Source: Thermodesulfobacteriota bacterium
GTDB lineage: Bacteria > Desulfobacterota > Desulfobulbia > Desulfobulbales > SURF-16
Assembly: GCA_040755455.1 (NCBI GenBank)
Contig: JBFMAY010000019.1
Coordinates: 1 to 64,000, forward strand
Direction of reading: 5' to 3'
DNA: 64,000 nt
The translations under genes and the position numbers were made by a program. Every line of letters starts with the position of its first letter. The first letter of the stretch is position 1. The notes beneath the pieces were generated by a model that had not been told where the DNA came from, did not search any database, and worked only from the letters and a program-made list of their open reading frames with translations. Shown piece after piece: positions 20,580 through 29,119 of the stretch.

Positions 20580-21212
20580 TAAGTGACCACCGGCAAAGCC
20601 GGTGGCATTAACACAGTGAACCGCTCAAAGCGGTATGTTAAAAAGATTCTCTGACCACCATTCGGTGGTCAACTATTTAAACAGTGACAGTTGTTGGACA
20701 CGATTGTCTTCTTTCTCCTGCTCTTTGATATAGAGTCGTACAACTTCTTCATCAGCGCCCACTGTTGATACGAAATACCCCCTTGCCCAGAAATGCATAC
20801 CGCTGTAGTTCTTTCTCTGCCCAAGGTAAGTCCGCGCAATATGTATTGCGCTTTTCCCCTTCATATATCCCACCACTTGGGCCACAGAGTATTTCGGTGG
20901 TATCGATATGAGCATATGTACATGATCTGGCTGCAGGTGGCCTTCCAGCACTTTGCTCTCCTTTTGCCGAGCAAATTCATGGAATACTTCTCCAAGATTT
21001 TTCCGAAGTTCCCCGTATAACGCTTTCCGACGGTATTTCGGTATCCACACAACATGGTACTTGCATTCCCATTTCGTATGGCTTAAACATTGTATGTCGT
21101 TCATGAAGCCTCCCTTCTCGTGACTTTGACCGGTTCACGGGGCTGGAGGCTTCTCTATTTTTCTGGAACCGTCAAACTTTTATTGTCCCCCGGCAAAGCC
21201 GGGGGTTTACCT
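20580..21212. mobile_element. IS200/IS605-family insertion sequence (tnpA only); ends approximate
   Basis: Subterminal hairpins CCACCGGCAAAGCCGGTGG (20587-20605) and CCCCCGGCAAAGCCGGGGG (21187-21205) flank a Y1 transposase gene. Confidence 0.9.
20673..21104 (-). CDS. tnpA: IS200-family HUH (Y1) transposase
   Basis: YHVVWIPKYRR, DHVHMLISIPP, KGKS, FWARGYFVSTVG and YIKEQ motifs. Confidence 0.96.
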   Translation of the reverse strand: MNDIQCLSHTKWECKYHVVWIPKYRRKALYGELRKNLGEVFHEFARQKESKVLEGHLQPDHVHMLISIPPKYSVAQVVGYMKGKSAIHIARTYLGQRKNYSGMHFWARGYFVSTVGADEEVVRLYIKEQEKEDNRVQQLSLFK

Positions 21213-21305
21213 AAAGGAAATTAATTTATCATAACAAGAGTGCACCCCATAGCTCAAACAAAAAAACAAACTGGAACCGAATGATGCATTCAGGCCTCAT
21301 TAGAC

Positions 21306-21334
21306 TTGCATAGGTTGGTCCTTCGGGGTAGGAT
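21306..21334 (+). promoter_or_regulatory. Putative sigma70 promoter for the PHP gene
   Basis: TTGCAT-N17-TAGGAT. Confidence 0.5.
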
Positions 21335-21340
21335 TCAAAA

Positions 21341-22249
21341 ATGGAATACATTGATTTGCACCTTCACTCAAGCTGCTCCGACGGTACGATGACCCCGGCC
21401 GAACTGGTTCAGGAGGCCGTAAGGGCAGGCCTCAGAGGTATCGCCGTTACCGACCATGACACCGTCGAAGGTATTGATGAAGCTCTGGAGGAAGGGGAAC
21501 GACAGGGGGTTGAGGTACTTTCCGGCGTTGAGATCAGCGCCTATCTCGATGACATCCCCATGCACATCCTGGGATATGGTTTCCGCCACCAGGATGCGGT
21601 CCTGCAGCAGAATCTGCAAAAGATACAGACAGCGAGAAACGAGCGCAACGCCGGCATTCTGGTAAAATTGAATGCCCTGGGTATCGAGGCGACAAGAGAA
21701 GATCTCAGGCGTCATTCGCAGACGGGGCAGACCGGGCGCCCCCATATCGCCAGGCTGCTGCTTGAGAAAAAGGTGGTCAAAACCACAGATGAGGCCTTTT
21801 ATCGTTATCTGCGCAAAGGCGGCCTGGCATACGTTGAAAGAAAAAGACTGATGGCGGCCGACGCCATTGCCATGATCACCGCGGCCGGAGGGATTGCTGT
21901 GCTGGCCCATCCGCTCACCATTGATCAGACCATGCTGACGCTGCCCGCTGTATTACTGGAAATGAAAGGAATCGGGCTTGAGGGGCTTGAGGCCTATTAT
22001 CCGATTTATTCCGCTGCCGTTCGCCAGAAGCTTATTGCCCTCGGCCAGCACCTGGAACTGCTCATCACAGGTGGCAGTGATTTTCACGGCGCCATCAGAA
22101 ACGGCACAGCGCTGGCCGAGATCAACACAAAACAACGCACACCATATCAGCTTCTCGTTGCCCTGAAAAATCATCTGTCCGCTTCCGCGCCGGACCAAAC
22201 CGCAGACATCCCTTTCCGCCCGGGTGATCATGCCCCGCCGCCTGGGTAA
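21341..22249 (+). CDS. PHP-domain metal-dependent phosphoesterase (TrpH/YciV-like)
   Basis: DLHLHSSCSDG, TDHDT, GVEIS, GRPHIA, LAHP and TGGSDFHG motifs. Confidence 0.93.
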   Translation: MEYIDLHLHSSCSDGTMTPAELVQEAVRAGLRGIAVTDHDTVEGIDEALEEGERQGVEVLSGVEISAYLDDIPMHILGYGFRHQDAVLQQNLQKIQTARNERNAGILVKLNALGIEATREDLRRHSQTGQTGRPHIARLLLEKKVVKTTDEAFYRYLRKGGLAYVERKRLMAADAIAMITAAGGIAVLAHPLTIDQTMLTLPAVLLEMKGIGLEGLEAYYPIYSAAVRQKLIALGQHLELLITGGSDFHGAIRNGTALAEINTKQRTPYQLLVALKNHLSASAPDQTADIPFRPGDHAPPPG

Positions 22250-22304
22250 TGGAAAGAAACGTTTTATCATTTCACGAAATTGAAGAATAGAAACAGAGAC
22301 TGGC

Positions 22305-23690
22305 ATGCACACAATTCTGGTGGTAGATGATGAACCGAATTATCTCATCATCCTGACCGAAATACTGCGGGATGAAGGTTTTGAGGTCTTTGCCGCGGAA
22401 AATGGGGAAAAGGCCCTTGATATTGTCCGGACAACCGATCTCGACCTGGTGCTCACCGACATGCAGATGCCGGTCATGGGCGGCATGGAGCTTCTCAGAC
22501 AGGTAAAGGCTATCAACCATAACCTGCCGGTCATCATGCTCACCGCTTACGGCGAGGTGGAAAAGGCGGTGGCCGCCATGCGGGACGGGGCCTTCAATTA
22601 CCTGACCAAACCCTTTAAAAACGATGAACTCATCGCCAACATCACCAAGGCTGTTGAGCACTACTCGCTGCTGCGCGAAAACATCCGCCTGCGCAGCGAG
22701 GTAAAGAAACGATACAGCTTTGCCGAAATGATCGGCAAAAACAAACAGATGCAGCTCCTATTCTCCATGATTGAAAAGGTGGCCCCCACCCCCGCATCCG
22801 TGCTGATCACCGGAGAATCAGGCACAGGCAAAGAGCTGGTTGCCCGGGCCATCCACAATTACAGCCCAAGGGACAAGGAGCCGTTCATTTCGGTCAACTG
22901 CGCCGCCCTGCCCGAGTCTCTGCTGGAAAGCGAACTCTTCGGTCATGAAAAAGGCGCCTTCACCGGCGCCATTGCCCTGCGCAAAGGCCGCTTCGAACTG
23001 GCGGACCGCGGCACCCTCTTTCTTGATGAAATCGGCGAGATGGCCCTGTCCCTGCAGGCGAAACTGCTGCGCATCCTGCAGGAAAAAACCTTCCAGCGGG
23101 TCGGCGGCGCCCAGGAACAGAAAGTGGATGTGCGCATCGTTGCCGCAACGAACAAGGACCTCAAGGCAGAGGTCGAGGCGGGTCGCTTCCGGGAAGATCT
23201 TTATTATCGGTTGAATGTCCTCCATCTGCATCTGCCGCCCCTGCGGGAGCGGCTTGACGACATCCCCCTGCTGGCCGAACATTTTGTCAGCAAATTCGCC
23301 AGACAGCTCAATCAGCCGGAGCTTAAGATTTCCCCGACCACTCTTCGATTTTTGACCACCCTGCCCTGGGAGGGCAATATCCGGGAGCTTGAAAACACCA
23401 TCGAGCGAGCAAGCATCCTCTGCGTCAACAATACCATTTTCCCGGAAGATGTACAGCCCGATGGGAGCTCAGCAAAGGTTGCGGCGCCGCTCAGCCAGTC
23501 CTTTAATCCCGATGACCTTGTACCTCCCGGCACCGCCCTGCCGGACATGCTTGACGCCATCGAAGAAAAGGCGCTGCGCAACGCCCTGATCAAAGCCGAT
23601 TTTGTCCAGACAAAGGCCGCGGAAGCTCTTGGTATCACCAAAAGCCTGCTGCAGTACAAAATGAAAAAATTCCGAATCAAAAAAAATTGA
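22305..23690 (+). CDS. Sigma54-dependent response regulator (NtrC family)
   Basis: Receiver domain, GESGTGKE, GAFTGA, LFLDEIGE and C-terminal Fis-type HTH. Confidence 0.95.
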   Translation: MHTILVVDDEPNYLIILTEILRDEGFEVFAAENGEKALDIVRTTDLDLVLTDMQMPVMGGMELLRQVKAINHNLPVIMLTAYGEVEKAVAAMRDGAFNYLTKPFKNDELIANITKAVEHYSLLRENIRLRSEVKKRYSFAEMIGKNKQMQLLFSMIEKVAPTPASVLITGESGTGKELVARAIHNYSPRDKEPFISVNCAALPESLLESELFGHEKGAFTGAIALRKGRFELADRGTLFLDEIGEMALSLQAKLLRILQEKTFQRVGGAQEQKVDVRIVAATNKDLKAEVEAGRFREDLYYRLNVLHLHLPPLRERLDDIPLLAEHFVSKFARQLNQPELKISPTTLRFLTTLPWEGNIRELENTIERASILCVNNTIFPEDVQPDGSSAKVAAPLSQSFNPDDLVPPGTALPDMLDAIEEKALRNALIKADFVQTKAAEALGITKSLLQYKMKKFRIKKN

Positions 23691-23776
23691 CCGGGCGATT
23701 ATGAATAACAAGAATTTATTTTACAGATACGGTATGATATGGGCAAAATATTAAAAGACATCCAAGGAGATTGCCA

Positions 23777-24181
23777 GTGCCGATCAGTGATATTTTTTTC
23801 ATCATAGCTTCAGTGGGTATCGTGATCTTTGTCGCAGCCCTGGTTCCGGCTCTGTACCAGATCAAACGAACCGCCGAAATGGCGGCAACCTCCCTGGCAA
23901 AAATCAATAACGAGCTGGAACCGTTTTTACACAAAGCTACCGAAGTGAACGGGGAACTTCACACCCTTACCGTTTCCCTCAACGAAAAAATTGAAAAAAC
24001 CGATCATATCATCGACACGGTCCAACAGGCGGGTGATACTCTTTTATCCACCGCCTCTCTAGTCAAGGAAACAATTACCCCTGTCGTTGTGCAAATCAGC
24101 GCACTAAGCGCTGGGGTAGCCGCTTTTACCAATTTTTTCAAAAAACCCAACCCCTCAGAAAGGAGGTATTTTGATGAATAG
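23777..24181 (+). CDS. YoxC/DUF948-like membrane-anchored coiled-coil protein
   Basis: N-terminal TM helix plus helical region; paired with a YtxH-like gene; SD AAGGAG. Confidence 0.7.
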   Translation: MPISDIFFIIASVGIVIFVAALVPALYQIKRTAEMAATSLAKINNELEPFLHKATEVNGELHTLTVSLNEKIEKTDHIIDTVQQAGDTLLSTASLVKETITPVVVQISALSAGVAAFTNFFKKPNPSERRYFDE

Positions 24182-24557
24182 AGACAATAATTGCAGTGCC
24201 GGCATTGCCGTCATATCATTTCTTGCAGGTACCGTTATCGGGGCAGGCATCGCCCTGCTTGTTGCACCGAGAACAGGTGAAGAAACACGAGAAATTCTTA
24301 AAGGCTACGGTCACGATCTGAAGGAGAAAGGCAGCAAGATTCCGGCAAACGTCAAACACTCTGCCGAGCACGCCATTGATCGCGGCAAGGAGATGATTGA
24401 GCATGGCAAACAGCTGATCAACCGGGGAACGGAAATGGTCAGCCACGGCAAGGAGTACCTGGACGAGAAAAAACAGACCTTAAGCGCCGCCATTGAAGCG
24501 GGCAAGGAAGCCATGAAGCAGGAAAAGGAAAAACTGTCCGCCGCCTATGAGGAATAA
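24174..24557 (+). CDS. YtxH-domain protein
   Basis: FLAGTVIGAGIALLVAPRTGEETR motif. Confidence 0.88.
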   Translation: MNRDNNCSAGIAVISFLAGTVIGAGIALLVAPRTGEETREILKGYGHDLKEKGSKIPANVKHSAEHAIDRGKEMIEHGKQLINRGTEMVSHGKEYLDEKKQTLSAAIEAGKEAMKQEKEKLSAAYEE

Positions 24558-24675
24558 CCCGTCCCGGACTGTCCCCTCCAGGGCCGCCGCAGCCTGAAAC
24601 AAATCCCACAGAGACGCAAGGCCTTTCAGATCTCCAGGCTTTGTGATCTCTGTGAGATGCCGTCTTCCCACTGGG

Positions 24676-25500
24676 CTATACATTGTCACCCGTTCCGCCC
24701 CAGTTCAATTTGCGGCGCAGAATATCAAAATAGCCTTTTTGCGGCGAACAGATGAGACGCAACGGTTTTTCCGAGATGGCCAGTTCCAGATTATCCGTCT
24801 CATCCATGTTCCAGGCAAGCTGTCCGTCGATGATCACCTTGACGTCCGCCGCAGGCCCGGCAAGCCTCGTGCTTAAACGAACGGTGTCGGGCAGCAGCAC
24901 CGGCCGGCTCTCAAGCATGAAAGGACAGATCGGCGTTATCATGATGGCGGCAAGCTCGGGGTGGACGATGGGGCCTCCGGCCGAGAGATTATAGGCGGTG
25001 GAGCCTGTGGGGGTGGAAAATATCAGCCCATCGGCCTTGTAGGTGTTGAGATACTCGGCATCAACCCAGGTGCAGAGACGAACCAGCCTGTCAATGGCGC
25101 CTTTGCTGATAACCACGTCATTTAGGGCGTAACGCCATCTGCCGTGTCTGCCGTCGGAATTGAGCCTGGTTTTCAGCATCATCCTGTTTTCAATCAGGGC
25201 TGAACCAGAGAGGATCATCTCAAGCGCCTGAAACTTTTCATCCTCCGCAACCTCTGTCAGAAAACCAAGATTACCGAGATTGACCCCCACCACCGGCACC
25301 TGGCATTGACTGGCCTCCTCGGCCACATGCAGCAGGGTGCCGTCACCCCCCAGGATGATCAGGATATCAAGGTCCGGGGCAATGATGTCAATGGCTGTTT
25401 CAATGGATTTCCGGTAAAACCAGTCAACCAGCTCATCAGCAACCATTCTGGCCCGGGCTGAATCTTTTTTTAAAATAATGCCGGCCTTTTTATAACCCAT
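24676..25500 (-). CDS. nadK: NAD+ kinase
   Basis: LGGDGTLL, GNLGFL, LND and DGLIFSTPTGSTAYNLSAGGP motifs. Confidence 0.96.
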   Translation of the reverse strand: MGYKKAGIILKKDSARARMVADELVDWFYRKSIETAIDIIAPDLDILIILGGDGTLLHVAEEASQCQVPVVGVNLGNLGFLTEVAEDEKFQALEMILSGSALIENRMMLKTRLNSDGRHGRWRYALNDVVISKGAIDRLVRLCTWVDAEYLNTYKADGLIFSTPTGSTAYNLSAGGPIVHPELAAIMITPICPFMLESRPVLLPDTVRLSTRLAGPAADVKVIIDGQLAWNMDETDNLELAISEKPLRLICSPQKGYFDILRRKLNWGGTGDNV

Positions 25501-25550
25501 ATTTTATCTCTTTTGCTGCAGCATGGCTTCTTACAGAGTCTTGACCCGGG

Positions 25551-26372
25551 CTAGCCGACAACAAGTTTGCCGAGTTCTTCGGAACGTCTGGTCGCGGCCT
25601 CCACGGCGGTCATGATGCCTGCCTTGAAACCCGCCTTTTCAAGCTCATGGAGTCCGGCGATGGTCGTCCCGCCCGGCGAGGTGACCATGGCCTTGAGTAC
25701 GGCCGGATGCTTGCCGGTTTCCATGGCCAGCTTGACCGAGCCGAGCACGGTCTGCAGAACAAGGATTTCAGCGTCCTGGCGGCTCAGGCCCACCTTTACC
25801 CCGCCGTCAATCAGGGCATCGATGAACTGAAAAACATAGGCCGGGCCGCTGCCGCTCAAACCGGTGACGGCATCAAGATAATTTTCCGGCAGGACAATAC
25901 TCCTGCCGATGGCTGAAAAAATGTGGCCCGCTGTTTCCATATCCTCGGAGGTGACGTTTGCGCCGCCGCTTAAGGCGGAGGCCCCTTCCAGGACCAGGGC
26001 CGGGGTATTGGGCATTACGCGGATGACCCGGCACCCCGTTGCCAGCCGGCCCTCGATAAAGGAAATCGGAATCCCGGCGGCGATGGATATGACAAGATGC
26101 TGACCGGTCAGCCACGCCGCGCATTCCTCAAGAAGCCGCCCCATGATCTGCGGCTTGACCGCCAGAATCACCATGGCACAGTCCGTCAGGATGGAGTGTG
26201 ATTCTCCCGTTGCAATGGCAAAGGATTCATTGAGAAACTGCCGGCGGTCTTTGTCCGGGTCCACGGCAATGATGCTGGAGCTTTCCGCAAGACCTGCCTG
26301 TAAAATTCCTTTGATGAGAGCTTCAGCCATGCGGCCTCCACCTAAAAATCCTATCTTTCCCTGTAATTTCAT
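25551..26372 (-). CDS. proC: Pyrroline-5-carboxylate reductase
   Basis: GFLGGGRMAEA, LAVKPQ, RVMPNTP, TGLSGSGPAY and VTSPGGTT motifs; SD AGGAG favours ATG 26372. Confidence 0.96.
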   Translation of the reverse strand: MKLQGKIGFLGGGRMAEALIKGILQAGLAESSSIIAVDPDKDRRQFLNESFAIATGESHSILTDCAMVILAVKPQIMGRLLEECAAWLTGQHLVISIAAGIPISFIEGRLATGCRVIRVMPNTPALVLEGASALSGGANVTSEDMETAGHIFSAIGRSIVLPENYLDAVTGLSGSGPAYVFQFIDALIDGGVKVGLSRQDAEILVLQTVLGSVKLAMETGKHPAVLKAMVTSPGGTTIAGLHELEKAGFKAGIMTAVEAATRRSEELGKLVVG

Positions 26373-26467
26373 TTCTTGCACTCCTGAGAGTTGACTGGCA
26401 TATGGGGTAAGTCATTAAGCCGTTGTGAAAAAATAATATCGTCGTCTGAATGCCGGAGACGGCATAA

Positions 26468-26518
26468 GGAGCCATAACGAAATGCTCGAAAATGAAAAGG
26501 CTATTGCGTAACGGCTCC
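26468..26518. mobile_element. 51-bp MITE-like palindromic element, copy 1
   Basis: GGAGCCATAACGAAAT...ATTGCGTAACGGCTCC flanked on both sides by TAA. Confidence 0.7.
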
Positions 26519-26841
26519 TAAGTCTTTAGTCTTTTTTGCCACCCATTTCAACATCGATTTGCAGACAACTCACAAACATACGGATGCGGTTGCGGAATAA
26601 TCCGTACTTCATCGGAAATTTTCCGCACCATCAGCATGGCCACGGACAGGTGGCAATGTCACCACCAGCAAGAGAGGCGAACTCTGTGAGAACGGCAGAA
26701 ATGAGGGGGGATGCATATTGAGGAAACGACAAAGGCGCTCACGCTCCTCCCGGCAGCCTCGGAAGCGGCAAATATGCCCCCGGGGCCGCAAAGCGAAGCC
26801 GGCGCCTTTCAAGGTGGGTAAACAATAATCAGCAAACCATA

Positions 26842-27828
26842 TCAAGCCGGCAGAGGCGAGCTGTTGGGACCAGGCAGAACCTGGGGCGGCACCAGAAACG
26901 GCAATATCTTGTTGCCGGCAGCCCTGGTGGTCATTACCACCTTTTCAAAAGCGCTCTCCTCGCCATTATCCGTCCATTTGACAAACTGCCAGCATTCCGG
27001 ATGTTCGGCGATTTCCTTCATAAGCTGCAGATGCTGGGCATGCCCTGATTTAACGGCGGTAATGTGCCCCAGCACCGGGCAACCCAGCAGAGCCAGATCG
27101 CCAATGAGATCGAGCAGCTTATGACGGACAAACTCGTTGGAGAAGCGCAACCCTTCCGTATTAAGGATTTCCGAACGATCGATGACAATGGCATTGTCCA
27201 GGGACCCCCCCAGGGCCTTGCCGTTCTGCCGCAGATACTCCACCTCATGCAGAAAGCCGAAAGTACGGGCTGAGGCGATTTCCTTGATAAAGGTCTGCGC
27301 ATCAACCTCAACGGAAAATTTCTGTTTTCGCACCAGATGATGGGCAAAATCGATTTCTCCACTGACCTTGAACCCGTCGTGGGGTTCGATGAGGATCATG
27401 GAGTCACCGTTGCGGATCTCGATCTTTCTGGTGATTTTCACCAGAAATCGTGCCACATTCTGACGTTTGCGGCCCACCTTTTTCAACACATGCACAAAAG
27501 GAGCGGCGCTGCCGTCCATGATGGGCACTTCATCATTATCAAGCTCAATGACCGCGTTATCAATCCCCACGCCGGCCAGGGCGGCAAGAAGATGCTCGGT
27601 GGTTGACACGGTGACATCATCCTTGGCCAGGGTGGTGGCCAGCCGGGTATCGGTTACCCGGTACACGGTCGCGGGAATGACGACCTTCCGGCCCAGATCG
27701 GTGCGTACGAAAAGGATACCGGTGCTTGGGCCTGCGGGTTTGATATACAGTTTGACAGTTTTACCGGAATGAAGACCCACACCGGCGAAACTGACGGTTT
27801 TTTTAATTGTGTGCTGCCACTTATCCAT
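26842..27828 (-). CDS. lpxC: UDP-3-O-acyl-N-acetylglucosamine deacetylase
   Basis: GVGLHSG, STTEHLLAAL, EVPIMDGSA, IASARTFGF and EFVRHKLLDLIGDL motifs. Confidence 0.97.
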   Translation of the reverse strand: MDKWQHTIKKTVSFAGVGLHSGKTVKLYIKPAGPSTGILFVRTDLGRKVVIPATVYRVTDTRLATTLAKDDVTVSTTEHLLAALAGVGIDNAVIELDNDEVPIMDGSAAPFVHVLKKVGRKRQNVARFLVKITRKIEIRNGDSMILIEPHDGFKVSGEIDFAHHLVRKQKFSVEVDAQTFIKEIASARTFGFLHEVEYLRQNGKALGGSLDNAIVIDRSEILNTEGLRFSNEFVRHKLLDLIGDLALLGCPVLGHITAVKSGHAQHLQLMKEIAEHPECWQFVKWTDNGEESAFEKVVMTTRAAGNKILPFLVPPQVLPGPNSSPLPA

Positions 27829-27921
27829 TAACTGACCTTCTTATATTGAACTCTCTATGAGCAAAAAGGTGGGTGAAAAATCACCTTCGGAAATATTCAC
27901 AAAACTGTTTGTTCAGGTATT

Positions 27922-27937
27922 AGCAAAAAAGAAGCCA
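27922..27937 (-). promoter_or_regulatory. Sigma54 promoter of lpxC
   Basis: Minus strand TGGCTTCTTTTTTGCT (GG-N10-GC); AT-rich tract and repeated TGTC boxes upstream. Confidence 0.7.
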
Positions 27938-28075
27938 GCCTACCAAAAATAGAAAAAAATTTAAAAATTATAATAATTTCAAAATATTAATAAGCAGACC
28001 ATTGTCAATTAAACCCATTGCACCGGCCGAAAATTGTTGTCTAAAAAACACACCATGTCCTTTTGCACATACCTG

Positions 28076-29119
28076 TCAGCCGACCATCTGCAGTTTTCCC
28101 AACACAAACCGATCAAAATCATCCCCGGCCATCACCTCCATGCGCAGGGCATAAAGAGGCTTGGCAAGTTGCTTGCCCTTGAGCTTGACCAGATCCTTCT
28201 CGGTAGTAATGTAGGCTTGGGCGGAGCTATCCCTTGACTGTTTGTGGAGAAAGTCAAGCTCCGGCTTGAAGTAAGGGCAGTGATCGCGGAAAACCTGGAA
28301 ACCTGCCGTTCTGATCCCGGCCAGCTGCAGACTTCGCTTGAATGACTGGGGGTTTGCCAGCCCGCAGAAGCCGAAAAATGACTCCGGGCCATCGGCAAGG
28401 GCGACCTGGCTGCCGTCCGCCGCAGTCAGCGAGACGGGCCGGTATTCCGCCATGAAAACCGGGATGCCGGGGAAACGGCTGTTCAGCGCCTTTTTGATCG
28501 CCTCCGCCCTGTTGAGAGAGTCCTCGTCAACACAGGTCAGGACAAAGCAGTCGGCCCGTTCAAGGGCTTTGAGCGGCTCCCGCATATCGCCGCCTGGAAA
28601 CACCCGGTTATTGCCGAGAAAGGTATCGACCTTGAACAGGGCCAGATTAACATCGCGAAAGAGGCCGAGATGCTGAAAGCCGTCATCCAGGATCACGGTG
28701 CCTGCGCCGAGATGTTCCACGGCGTACCGGCCGCCGTCAACCCGGTTGCGGCTGGTGAGCACCGGCACCCCCGGCAGATTCTCCGCCATATAAAACGGCT
28801 CGTCGCCTGCAGCCGGGGCGGTCAGGCTGACTGTCCGGCCGTCTGAAACCACATTGACCCGCTCTTTCGCCTTGCCCCCATATCCCCGGCTGACAATGAC
28901 CGGGCTCCTGTCGGCCAGCAGCCTAGCCAGATACATCACCATGGGGGTTTTGCCGGTGCCGCCCATGGTGAGGTTGCCGACGCTGATCACCGGCACCGGC
29001 AACCGGTGCTGCTTGAACAGCCCTTTGCGGTACCATGAAGCCCTGAGCGACATGACGAAACTATAAAGGGGTGAAAAGGGCCTGCCTAAGGTATAGAGAA
29101 GTTTTAAGTGCTCACTCAT
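28076..29119 (-). CDS. lpxK: Tetraacyldisaccharide 4'-kinase
   Basis: SVGNLTMGGTGKTP, SRGYG, GDEP and LDDGFQH motifs. Confidence 0.95.
   Translation of the reverse strand: MSEHLKLLYTLGRPFSPLYSFVMSLRASWYRKGLFKQHRLPVPVISVGNLTMGGTGKTPMVMYLARLLADRSPVIVSRGYGGKAKERVNVVSDGRTVSLTAPAAGDEPFYMAENLPGVPVLTSRNRVDGGRYAVEHLGAGTVILDDGFQHLGLFRDVNLALFKVDTFLGNNRVFPGGDMREPLKALERADCFVLTCVDEDSLNRAEAIKKALNSRFPGIPVFMAEYRPVSLTAADGSQVALADGPESFFGFCGLANPQSFKRSLQLAGIRTAGFQVFRDHCPYFKPELDFLHKQSRDSSAQAYITTEKDLVKLKGKQLAKPLYALRMEVMAGDDFDRFVLGKLQMVG

Noticed and set aside
26530..26840. Small gene or ncRNA between lpxC and proC
   Set aside because: The short ORFs lack an SD and recognisable motifs, and I recognised no RNA fold
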